A program made the position numbers and the translations under genes. 64,000 nucleotides of DNA, from positions 11,826 to 75,825 of the forward strand of contig PLNW01000092.1 of the NCBI GenBank assembly GCA_003142855.1. Reading direction: 5' to 3'. Origin of the DNA: Myxococcales bacterium. Lineage in GTDB: Bacteria; Myxococcota_A; Polyangia; Fen-1088. The notes under the pieces are model-generated. The model saw nothing but the letters and a program-made list of their open reading frames with translations. It did no database searches and had not been told where the DNA came from. This document shows positions 13,990 through 22,758 of this stretch, one piece after another. Position 1 is the stretch's first letter. Each line of letters starts with the position of its first letter.

Positions 13990-16356
13990 TCACGGAAGCT
14001 GCGCGTGCGGCTGCCCGCGCCCACGTTTTCTGCGGCTGCACACCAACAAAAACCCGAAGACCAGCCAGCCCCCCGTGGCCAGCCACAGCCCCGGGCGCAA
14101 CCCCGGCGTGCGATAGCGCATTTCGATCCGGTGCTCGCCCGCCGGCACCGGCAGCGCGCGCGCCAGCACGTCGGCTCGCTCGATGGGGGTCGCAACCCCG
14201 TCAACCGTGGCGCTCCAGCCGTGGGTCCATTCGTCCAGCAGCACGGCATAGCCCGGCCGGGTGGCCTGACAATTCAGGATCACGTGCTCAGCCTGCGGCT
14301 TCTCCAGCAAGCATGGTGTCGGCTCGTCGCTGGCGAGCAAGTCGCTCGTCCCCGGCCCTGCCAGCCGCACCTGACCCAGATCCAGTTCGGACCGTCGTGT
14401 GTCGAAGAGCGACTGGAGTGCGTCCTGGTCCGAAACCCCATGGCGCCAACGATAGGCCACGAAGGCACGTGGCCGGCGCACGGGATTCTCCAGCGCGACA
14501 TAGCCTGCAAAAGCAGCCCGCGAAACCACCGGCATGCCCATGGCTGGCGCCGAGGCTAGGTCGATGAGCAGGTAACGGATGTCGAGCACGTCCATCACCC
14601 GTTCCAGATTGGCGCGACCACTGGCGGTTGCGAAAGCGTCGAAGCGCGCGGTTCCGGCAATCACATACGCGGGAACCTCCGCGAACCCGAAACGCGCGTT
14701 GTCGTTGGCAGTCGCGGTGTGGTGAAGGAAAGCGGCGCGGGCCTCGCCGGAAACCGAGAGCGGGGTGACCTCGCTCACCCGGCGGATCAGGCGCGGCCAC
14801 TCCCCCGCTGGCGGCGGCAGCGTTTGTAACAGAGCAGGAACCGCGCGCACCACCTCGCGCGGAATGGTCACGTGAACCGCCCAGTCATGCTCGATCAGGT
14901 GCACCACCAGCGCGAGCAGCAAGAGAGGCCGGGCCCAACCGCCGAACCGGCGATGGCCGGCGAGCAACACCGTCAGCGGCACCAATGCGGCCACCACGGT
15001 GGCGGACAAACCCCCAGCCAACACCTCGGAGAGCGCGGCCGGGCCGTCCACCGCCTGGTGAGCAGCCTGGCTCGCGCTGGCGATGGCGGACAAGAGGTAT
15101 CCGCGTCCCAAAGTCGCCAGGCCCAACCCGACCGCGAGACAGACGGCCACCGCCGCGCTCAGCAGCGCCCGGGACTTGCGCGCTGAGGGCTCGAACAAGC
15201 GATCAAAGCCCACGCCAGCCAGCGCCGCCCACAGCAGCAACGCCGCAGCCATGTGCTTTTCTGGGTAGCGCAGCAAGTGTTCCGGCCAGACCAGCTTCCG
15301 GTATAGGCCGTAGATTGGCGTGAACGTGCCCAAGGCCAGGACGACGAAGAACAGCGACAAGATCGCCAGGCGCCGAGCCGGCCTGCCTCCGCGAAACGCG
15401 GCCAGCCCCGCGCACAGCAAAACCGGGGCGCCCAGGTACAAACTGGCTGACCATGTCGCTTCCAACGAGCCACCCCCGCTGGCCCACAAACTGGCCAGAC
15501 TGCGTTCCGGGCGAAAGCCCTGACCCAAAACATTGGGCCACACGAGTTCCAACAGGCGCAGCGGATGCAGAGACCAGGCGCCACCGTCGGCCAAGGAAAA
15601 GCCCGCGCCACGCACGCTGTCGCCCAGCGACGCCACCGCCATCGTCAAGGAAGCCGCCCCCATGAGTACACCCAGCGCGCCCGCGGCGCCCAACACCAGC
15701 AGCGAGGTCCAGCATCGCCGGGCCGTCAACGCGACCAGGGCCACGGCCAAGACCACTGAATTGAATCCCGCTGGATTGCCCGCGGCCACTGAGCCTGACA
15801 GCACCAGCGCGAAAATCAGACCGCGGCGCAGATAGGCCTGGCGCTCCTCGGCCTGGCTGAGGCCCAGCGCAGCCCACGCCAGCAAAGGCATCCAGCCCAG
15901 CGGCATGAGGATGCTGCCGTTGACCACCATGGAAGTGAAGGTGCCGGACAGCATGAGCGCGCTGCCTGCCAACAGACTGCCCAGAGCACTGGCGCCCAGT
16001 CGCCGGGACAAGAGCAAGGTGCCCACGCCTGCCAGTCCCAAGTGTAAAATCAGGATCAGGTCCGCTCCCCACAGCGGACCGACCAATGCCACCAGCCAGG
16101 CCAGTGGATAGGTCACGCCGTTGTTGGGGTCAGCTGCAAACCGTTCGCCCAGACGCAGGCCGTCCCACCACTCGGGGAAATGCCCGCGACTCAGGTTTTC
16201 GGCCAGGTAGCTACGCGACGGCAGCGTGTGGATCAGGTGGTCGCGGACCGCGAAGGTCTCGTCGAGAAACAGCGGACGAACATAGGCCGCGGTCGCCACC
16301 GCAACGAGCGCCAGCACCGAAAGCATGAGCGTGGTTTTCGTGCCTGCCCGGTTCAT
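13990..16356 (-). CDS. Large polytopic membrane protein, YfhO-like / GT-C-like (tentative)
   Basis: 788 aa. There are more than 10 hydrophobic segments in the first ~500 aa, followed by a soluble region and a final TM segment (WLATGGWLVFGFLLVC). The N-terminal FPEWWDGLRLGERF loop is present. The family assignment is from memory only. Confidence 0.6.
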   Translation of the reverse strand: MNRAGTKTTLMLSVLALVAVATAAYVRPLFLDETFAVRDHLIHTLPSRSYLAENLSRGHFPEWWDGLRLGERFAADPNNGVTYPLAWLVALVGPLWGADLILILHLGLAGVGTLLLSRRLGASALGSLLAGSALMLSGTFTSMVVNGSILMPLGWMPLLAWAALGLSQAEERQAYLRRGLIFALVLSGSVAAGNPAGFNSVVLAVALVALTARRCWTSLLVLGAAGALGVLMGAASLTMAVASLGDSVRGAGFSLADGGAWSLHPLRLLELVWPNVLGQGFRPERSLASLWASGGGSLEATWSASLYLGAPVLLCAGLAAFRGGRPARRLAILSLFFVVLALGTFTPIYGLYRKLVWPEHLLRYPEKHMAAALLLWAALAGVGFDRLFEPSARKSRALLSAAVAVCLAVGLGLATLGRGYLLSAIASASQAAHQAVDGPAALSEVLAGGLSATVVAALVPLTVLLAGHRRFGGWARPLLLLALVVHLIEHDWAVHVTIPREVVRAVPALLQTLPPPAGEWPRLIRRVSEVTPLSVSGEARAAFLHHTATANDNARFGFAEVPAYVIAGTARFDAFATASGRANLERVMDVLDIRYLLIDLASAPAMGMPVVSRAAFAGYVALENPVRRPRAFVAYRWRHGVSDQDALQSLFDTRRSELDLGQVRLAGPGTSDLLASDEPTPCLLEKPQAEHVILNCQATRPGYAVLLDEWTHGWSATVDGVATPIERADVLARALPVPAGEHRIEMRYRTPGLRPGLWLATGGWLVFGFLLVCSRRKRGRGQPHAQLP

Positions 16357-16588
16357 CCCGTTCCTCTTTTCCCCCTAGCAGGTTTGCCGTGCGCGGTCCA
16401 CCAAGCAGGGCGACCGCAGGTCCCCACCGGCCCGTTGAGCGAAGCCCATGTTGTCCATGCGCTGACAGCCGGACGCGACTTTTCCCCGCGCTTGCGCAAC
16501 CGGACATGCAGCCATTTTCGATGGCTTAGGTACCCACATCGTGGGGAAAGAGGGTTACTCTTGAAGAAGATCTCAATCGGAGGCACCG

Positions 16589-19500
16589 ATGGCTGCTCAG
16601 TACCGCCTTCCTGTCATTCTGTCCCTTGCCATAGCGACCATCATGGGCTGTACAACGGCGACGGTGTCGCCCGTGACCAACTCATCGGGGGGCACTGCCA
16701 CAGGCGGCAGCGCCGCTTCGGGCGGCATTATCAGCATCATCAGCACGGCTCCTGCTGGCGGAAACGGCGGCAGCGCGACCACGGCGGCCAACCCTTGCCT
16801 GGGCCCCAACCCACCCTCGAATTGCCACATGGTGCCCTCTGGTCCCGCCTGCGGCGACGGGAAGCTCAATCAGCCGTCCGAAGAATGCGACGACAACAAC
16901 AGCGTTCCAGGCGATGGCTGCAACGGGATCTGCAAGGTTGAGCCGAACTTCACCTGCCCCACACCCGGTCAGCCCTGCATCCCCACCTTCAAGTGCGGCA
17001 ATGGCAAGATCGAACCCGGCGAGGTGTGCGACGACGGCAACACCATCGCCAACGACGGCTGCAGCGCGGATTGCACAGTGCAAAGCGCGAGCTACATCTG
17101 TCCCACGCCCGGCCAACCCTGCACGCGGGTCGACTTCTGCGGGGACAAGCGCGTCAAAGGCGACGAGAACTGCGACGACGGAAACACTGTGTCCGGAGAC
17201 GGCTGCGACGAGAACTGCCACAAGGAAACCGGCTGGCTGTGCCTGGTTCCCGGCAGTCCCTGCACGCGGGTCAATGTCTGTGGCGACGGGATCCAGAGCT
17301 CGGGCGAACAGTGCGACGACGGCAACACCAAGGGTGGCGACGGTTGTTCGGCCGATTGCAAGTCCATGGAGTCGGGCTTCCAATGTCCCACGCCGGGCAA
17401 GCCCTGCCTGGACATGAACAAGTGTGGCGACGGAATTGTCACCGGTACCGAAACCTGCGACGACGCCAACACCGATCCCAACGACGGGTGCGACAATTGC
17501 CAGATCAAAAAGGGTTATGCCTGCCCGTTCCCTGGCGCCAAGTGCATTGCCAAGTGCGGTGACGGCATTCTGCTGCTCAACGAACGCTGCGATGACGGCA
17601 ACACCAAGGACGGCGACGGCTGTTCCAGCACCTGTCAGTGGGAACCGGGCTGGGCTTGCACGGGCAACCCCGGCGCCTACACCTGCCACGCAACCAAGTG
17701 TGGGGACAAGGTCAAGGAAGGCACGGAAAGCTGCGACGACGGCAATGACGACCTAGGCGACGGCTGCACGCCGCTGTGCACGCTCGAGCCGGATTGCAGC
17801 GGAGGCGCCTGCAAGTCGACCTGCGGCGACGGCATCGTGCTCAGCAACCTGGGCGAGGATTGCGACGACGGCAATGCCATCAGCGGGGACGGCTGTTCCT
17901 CGACCTGCAAGGTCGAACCTGGCTACCAATGCAAGCAGCCGCCCCTGGCAGATACCATGCTGGTTCCGGTGGTGTATCGCGACTTCAAGTTCAGTCGAGA
18001 CGTTCCTGACGATTTTGAACTCGGCGTGACCGGCTCAACCAGTCCTTTCCAGGGCATGGTCAACTCGGCTCTCGATGCCAATGGTAAGCCCGCCTATTCG
18101 GGCATCGGTGGCAACGCCCATGTGACGAGCGCCGCCTCCTTTGCCGAATGGTATCGCGACACGGCCGGGATCAACCACGCAACCCCGACCACTATGACGC
18201 TTTGGAACAATGGCCAGGGCGCCTACGTCAACCGGTACGGAGCCAACGGCGAACAGTGGCTCACAACCGAAACCGCCTACTATTGCGGCAACGTGGGAGC
18301 GGAACTGTTGGATCCGAATGGCATTCCCATCCCTTGCACGTCCGAGTACGCCAATGGAACCGATGACTGTTCCAAGAAAGTGGCTGCCGGAGAGACAATG
18401 CTCAAGTGCTACACTGCCAACGGCTCCTACAGTGCCACGTTCATCGTATCCAAGGTCGACGGCAACCCACTCTTCTTCCCGGTGGACGGCGACACATTCA
18501 CCCCTGCCACCGAGCTGACCGCCGCACAAATTCCACCCTACTACGACCCGATGGGGACCTGGCCGTTTGACCTGGATGCCGCGGGAAACAAACGCCTGCA
18601 CAATTTCAGTTTCACCAGCGAAGTCCGCTATTGGTTCCTCTATGACAAGACCAAGACCTACACCCTCGACTTCGTCGGAGACGACGATGTGTGGGTGTTC
18701 ATCAACCGCAAACTCGCCGTGGATCTCGGCGGCATTCATACTCCGGTCATTGGCACCGTCGTCATCGGCGCGACCGGCAATGGCGCCACCACGGTCGCGG
18801 TCCCGCAAACGCCATCTGTGACTGCGCCCCCTGCCCCCATTCAAACGACCGCCACTCTCGGGCTGCAGACCGGTCAGGTGTACGAGATCGCCGTCTTCCA
18901 GGCAGAACGCCAGACCACCGGCTCGTCGTACAAGCTCACCTTGAGCGGGTTCAATGCCTCGGCCAGTGTCTGCGGGCCCATCTGCGGCGATGGCGTTCTG
19001 TCTCCCGGGGAACAGTGCGACGACGGAACCAACGCCGGCGGCTACGGCCAATGCGGCCCGGGCTGCGTGCGCGGACCATACTGCGGGGACGGCATCGTCA
19101 ATGGCCCTGAAGCCTGCGACGACGGCAAGAACGTGAGTGCCTACGGCTCGACGGGCTGCGCGCCCGGCTGCCAGACGCCGGCGCGTTGCGGAGACGGGAA
19201 AGTGCAATTCGCCTTTGGCGAAACCTGCGACGATGGCGTCAATGACGGAACCTACGGCAGCTGCAGTTCCACCTGCCAGGCCGGCCCGCGCTGTGGCGAT
19301 GGCGTCGTCAATGGGGGGGCTGGTGTCGAGGAGTGCGACGACGGCATCAACGACGGCTCGTACAACAACTGCGCTCCTGGCTGCAAGCTGGGGCCGCGCT
19401 GCGGGGACGGCGTCTTGGCGACGGATTTTGGCGAGGAATGCGACGACGGCAACACCGTCGCGGGCGATGGCTGCAGTCCCAACTGCCGCAACGAAGGAAT

Positions 19501-19819
19501 CTGTGGAGATGCTGTCGTCAACACGGCCACAGGCGAAGAGTGCGATGACGGCGTCAACGACGGCGGCTACGGCGAATGCGGCCCTGGCTGCAAGCTCGGC
19601 CCCCGCTGTGGCGACGGCGTGAAGGAACTTCCTCAGGAGCAGTGTGATGACGGCAACAACAAGGGCGGCTACGGCGAGTGTGCCCCGGGTTGCGTGCTGG
19701 GGCCGCATTGCGGGGACGGCCAGCTACAGCCGGGGTTCGAAGAATGCGACGACGGCAACAACGTCGACGGCGACGGCTGCAGCGCCGCCTGCAAGTGGGA
19801 AGCCTGGCAGCAGCAGTGA
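16589..19819 (+). CDS. Lipoprotein with 8 Myxococcus-type Cys-rich repeats, a fibro-slime (PA14-like) domain, and 8 more Cys-rich repeats
   Basis: 1076 aa with lipobox IATIMGCTT. There are 16 units of the form CGDG.(5-9)[EQ]CDDGN. The central block ...LVPVVYRDFKFSRDVPDDFELGV...DDVWVFINRKLAVDLGGIH...YEIAVFQAERQTTGSSYKLTL is typical of the fibro-slime domain. Confidence 0.85.
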   Translation: MAAQYRLPVILSLAIATIMGCTTATVSPVTNSSGGTATGGSAASGGIISIISTAPAGGNGGSATTAANPCLGPNPPSNCHMVPSGPACGDGKLNQPSEECDDNNSVPGDGCNGICKVEPNFTCPTPGQPCIPTFKCGNGKIEPGEVCDDGNTIANDGCSADCTVQSASYICPTPGQPCTRVDFCGDKRVKGDENCDDGNTVSGDGCDENCHKETGWLCLVPGSPCTRVNVCGDGIQSSGEQCDDGNTKGGDGCSADCKSMESGFQCPTPGKPCLDMNKCGDGIVTGTETCDDANTDPNDGCDNCQIKKGYACPFPGAKCIAKCGDGILLLNERCDDGNTKDGDGCSSTCQWEPGWACTGNPGAYTCHATKCGDKVKEGTESCDDGNDDLGDGCTPLCTLEPDCSGGACKSTCGDGIVLSNLGEDCDDGNAISGDGCSSTCKVEPGYQCKQPPLADTMLVPVVYRDFKFSRDVPDDFELGVTGSTSPFQGMVNSALDANGKPAYSGIGGNAHVTSAASFAEWYRDTAGINHATPTTMTLWNNGQGAYVNRYGANGEQWLTTETAYYCGNVGAELLDPNGIPIPCTSEYANGTDDCSKKVAAGETMLKCYTANGSYSATFIVSKVDGNPLFFPVDGDTFTPATELTAAQIPPYYDPMGTWPFDLDAAGNKRLHNFSFTSEVRYWFLYDKTKTYTLDFVGDDDVWVFINRKLAVDLGGIHTPVIGTVVIGATGNGATTVAVPQTPSVTAPPAPIQTTATLGLQTGQVYEIAVFQAERQTTGSSYKLTLSGFNASASVCGPICGDGVLSPGEQCDDGTNAGGYGQCGPGCVRGPYCGDGIVNGPEACDDGKNVSAYGSTGCAPGCQTPARCGDGKVQFAFGETCDDGVNDGTYGSCSSTCQAGPRCGDGVVNGGAGVEECDDGINDGSYNNCAPGCKLGPRCGDGVLATDFGEECDDGNTVAGDGCSPNCRNEGICGDAVVNTATGEECDDGVNDGGYGECGPGCKLGPRCGDGVKELPQEQCDDGNNKGGYGECAPGCVLGPHCGDGQLQPGFEECDDGNNVDGDGCSAACKWEAWQQQ

Positions 19820-21694
19820 TTACGGATACGATCCGTCCACGATCCCGTTGATGTACTTCTCGATGTTGGTGTAGCCGGTCTTGTCGAAGTCGCCGGTGGC
19901 ATCGCTGGGGTCGTTGGGATTCAGGCCGTACTTGGTTTCCCAGGCGTCCGGCATGCCGTCCTTGTCTGTGTCGACGGGCGCAGTCCCGCCTGTCAGGGTT
20001 CCGTAGCCGCTGTTGCCCAGATTTGTCGCAGTTTGGGTTGTCCACAACTGGCCCGATTTCCCCAACGATTTCAGGTCGGCGACCACAAGAGAATCGACCT
20101 GATCGCGGCGCTGTGGCCATGCGCCAGCGTTGGCCAGCACCGTGGTGTAGGTGTCGGCCGCGCTGGTGGTCGGCATGCTCGCGGTATCTGTGGAGTTCGC
20201 CGCATTCGCCTTGGTCGTGCCCCCCGGAGAACCTGCATCCGTGCCGTTGAGTGTGCCGTCCTTGTCGCTGTCGAGGAGATTCCCCTTGGCGTAGACGGTT
20301 TGCCCGCTGTTCATCTGGTACCAATCGTCTCCCGGGGCGCTCGTCGACGGGCCCGCAATGAAGTAGTTGTTGATGATGTCGTGCCAGAAGATGCCGCTGG
20401 TGTCCCCGGCACAATAAGCGTAGCCGTAATTGTAGACCACGTTGTTGACGTACTGGGTGTTGGACTTGGCCAGGGGCTGGCGACCGTGGGCGTTGGCCCA
20501 CAGGTTACCGTACCAGGTGAAAAATCCCCCGGTCATCTCGGTGTGCGCCCCGAACTGTTGCCCGGTCGGGTCCGCGACGATGGAGTTCTGCACGGTGATG
20601 TTGGTCGCCCCCACCGCGTCGATGCTGTCGTACTGGGCGAACTCGATCGAGATATGGTCGCAGATCAGGTTGCTGGCATCGAGCAGATTGATCCCGCTCT
20701 TCTTTGCGTTCGAATCGAGCATACCCTGGCGGAAGCGCACGTAGCGTACAATCACGTTCGATGCTGCGTTGAATGAGACCTCACCTGCCATGACACCGAT
20801 GCCGTCACCGGGCGCGGTCTGGCCCGCGATGGTCAGGTTGCTCTTGACCGACACGGCGGATTGCAGATTGACGTACCCGCCGAGGTCGAAAACCACGATG
20901 CGGTTGTCCGCACTGACGGCGTCGCGGAAGGATCCCGTGCCCGTGTCGTTCAAATTGGTCACGTGGTACACGGCATAGCCTCGCCCGCCAGTCGCTTTCT
21001 TGCCAAAGCCGTACGCGCCGGGAAAGGCCACGGCCGGGCCGGACGGAATGGAGGAGGCTCCGCCTGAGCCGCCCTTCGCGCCGCCTGTGCTGCCAGTCGC
21101 TCCACCGGTCGCAGTCGTGCCACCCGCCGCGCCGCCGGTTGCGCTCTTCGTGCCGCCCGCCGCACCGCCTGTGCTGATCGAGCCGCCCTTCGCGCCCCCG
21201 CTGCCGCTCGTCGTGCCGCCTGCCGCGCCGCCAGTGCTGATCGAGCCGCCTGCTGCGCCACCGGTCGCGCCACCAACAACGATCATGCCGCCAGCCGCGC
21301 CCGCTATGCCTCCCTTGCCTCCGGTCGCGCCGCCAGTGCCAATCGTGCCACCTTTGGATCCGCCAATCTCGGTCACGCCGCCCGTGTCGGTCGCGCCGCC
21401 CGGGGCAGCGCTGCCGCCGGGACCGACGGTGCTGGCAACAGTCGTCCCACCAACGACGATCGCGCCGCCCGTCGCGCCACCACTGCTGGGGCTGCCGCCG
21501 CTCACCACGGTACCGCCGTTGCCCGAGCGCCCGGCGCTACCCGGATTGGAGCTGACGTTGCCTCCCGTGCCTGGCGCCGCTGAACTTCCGCCTGCCGCGC
21601 CTGCGCTGCCCTGGGGTGCGCCGGCGCCCGAGCAAGCGCCAGCAAGGGCGATGCCCAAAATTGTGATGGCCCGAAGGACTTGGCTGTTTCTCAT
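19820..21694 (-). CDS. Lipoprotein pectate lyase (PL1-like) with a G/A/T/S-rich linker and a Ca-binding-type C-terminal module
   Basis: Start ATG 21694 (MRNSQVLRAITILGIALAGACSG). The catalytic part reads AFPGAYGFGKKATGGRGYAVYHVTNLNDTGTGSFRDAV...NLTIAGQTAPGDGI...VRYVRFRQG.... The C-terminus has DTDKDGMPDAWETKYGLNPNDPSD..GYTNIEKYING. The stop abuts the convergent stop at 19819 with no spacer. Confidence 0.8.
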   Translation of the reverse strand: MRNSQVLRAITILGIALAGACSGAGAPQGSAGAAGGSSAAPGTGGNVSSNPGSAGRSGNGGTVVSGGSPSSGGATGGAIVVGGTTVASTVGPGGSAAPGGATDTGGVTEIGGSKGGTIGTGGATGGKGGIAGAAGGMIVVGGATGGAAGGSISTGGAAGGTTSGSGGAKGGSISTGGAAGGTKSATGGAAGGTTATGGATGSTGGAKGGSGGASSIPSGPAVAFPGAYGFGKKATGGRGYAVYHVTNLNDTGTGSFRDAVSADNRIVVFDLGGYVNLQSAVSVKSNLTIAGQTAPGDGIGVMAGEVSFNAASNVIVRYVRFRQGMLDSNAKKSGINLLDASNLICDHISIEFAQYDSIDAVGATNITVQNSIVADPTGQQFGAHTEMTGGFFTWYGNLWANAHGRQPLAKSNTQYVNNVVYNYGYAYCAGDTSGIFWHDIINNYFIAGPSTSAPGDDWYQMNSGQTVYAKGNLLDSDKDGTLNGTDAGSPGGTTKANAANSTDTASMPTTSAADTYTTVLANAGAWPQRRDQVDSLVVADLKSLGKSGQLWTTQTATNLGNSGYGTLTGGTAPVDTDKDGMPDAWETKYGLNPNDPSDATGDFDKTGYTNIEKYINGIVDGSYP

Positions 21695-21885
21695 GGTGCT
21701 ACCTTTCTCCATTCTATAATAGGGTCGCTCTACCAGGTCGGCGGGTCTACCCAAACTTGAAAAAATGCCGCCCTCGGCGCTGCTGTCCGCCTGCGGTACG
21801 AATCGCCGTCCCTTCGCCTCGCCTCGCCTGCTAGCATTCTGCGTGCTGCTAATCTGCTGCCTTCTCCAACATCCAACTAAAAACC

Positions 21886-22671
21886 ATGACCAAACAAACC
21901 GCACTCATCACAGGGGCTTCGGCGGGGTTGGGGCGCGAGTACGCCCGGCTTTTTGCCAAGGATGGGCACGACCTGGTGCTGGTGGCGCGGCGGCGCGAGC
22001 GCCTGGATGAACTGGCGCGCGAGCTGGTAGCGGCGCACGGGACCACCTGCATGGTCGTCACGGCGGATCTGGCGACGCCCGGTGCTGGCCAGCGCATCGC
22101 TGACCAGGTGCAGGCTGCAGGCCGCACCATCGATTTCCTGGTCAACAACGCCGGGTTCGGCAGGCGCGGACCGTTCGCGCAGTCGGACGTCCGGCCCCAG
22201 CTCGAAATGATCGACGTCAACGTGCGAGCGCTAGTCGAGCTGACCCGCCTGTTTCTTCCCGGCATGTTGCAGCGCCGTCAAGGGCGCATTCTCAACATCG
22301 CCTCGATGGCCGGGTTCGTGCCCGGACCGTTCATGGCAACCTACTACGCCAGCAAGGCTTTCGTGCTCAGCTTCACCGAGGCCATGGCGGGTGAGCTGCG
22401 CGGTACCGGCGTCACAGCCACCGCGAGCTGCCCCGGGCCCACGTCGACCGAGTTCGGCGAGGTCGCGGGCAGCAGCAAGTCCAATTTGTTCAAGCGCCAC
22501 GTGGCCGACGCAGCCTCGGTGGCCCGGCACGGCTACCGCGCCATGCTGGCTGGCACTGTGGTGGCCATCCCGGGGCTGCAGAACAAACTCAGCGTGCAAT
22601 CAGTGCGCATCGCCCCGCGCGCCGCAGTCCGCGCCATTTCCGCCAAACTCAACAGCGATCGCTCAAAATGA
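21886..22671 (+). CDS. Short-chain dehydrogenase/reductase (SDR) family oxidoreductase
   Basis: 261 aa with TGASAGLG Rossmann motif, NNAG, and YxxxK (YYASKAF). Confidence 0.9.
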   Translation: MTKQTALITGASAGLGREYARLFAKDGHDLVLVARRRERLDELARELVAAHGTTCMVVTADLATPGAGQRIADQVQAAGRTIDFLVNNAGFGRRGPFAQSDVRPQLEMIDVNVRALVELTRLFLPGMLQRRQGRILNIASMAGFVPGPFMATYYASKAFVLSFTEAMAGELRGTGVTATASCPGPTSTEFGEVAGSSKSNLFKRHVADAASVARHGYRAMLAGTVVAIPGLQNKLSVQSVRIAPRAAVRAISAKLNSDRSK

Positions 22672-22758
22672 CGGATTGGACTGACACGTTCCTGTCGGCA
22701 CGCTGAACGACGAATCGTAGTGACAAGCCTTGGTAGTCCACTAGACTGACCAGTCGGT

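Noticed and set aside
16682-19708. Two long minus-strand ORFs (16682..17689 and 18035..19708) opposite the Cys-rich-repeat gene.
   Set aside because: The plus-strand product has 16 regular Cys repeats and a fibro-slime domain. The antisense ORFs are low-complexity Ala/Val/Gly/Arg strings.
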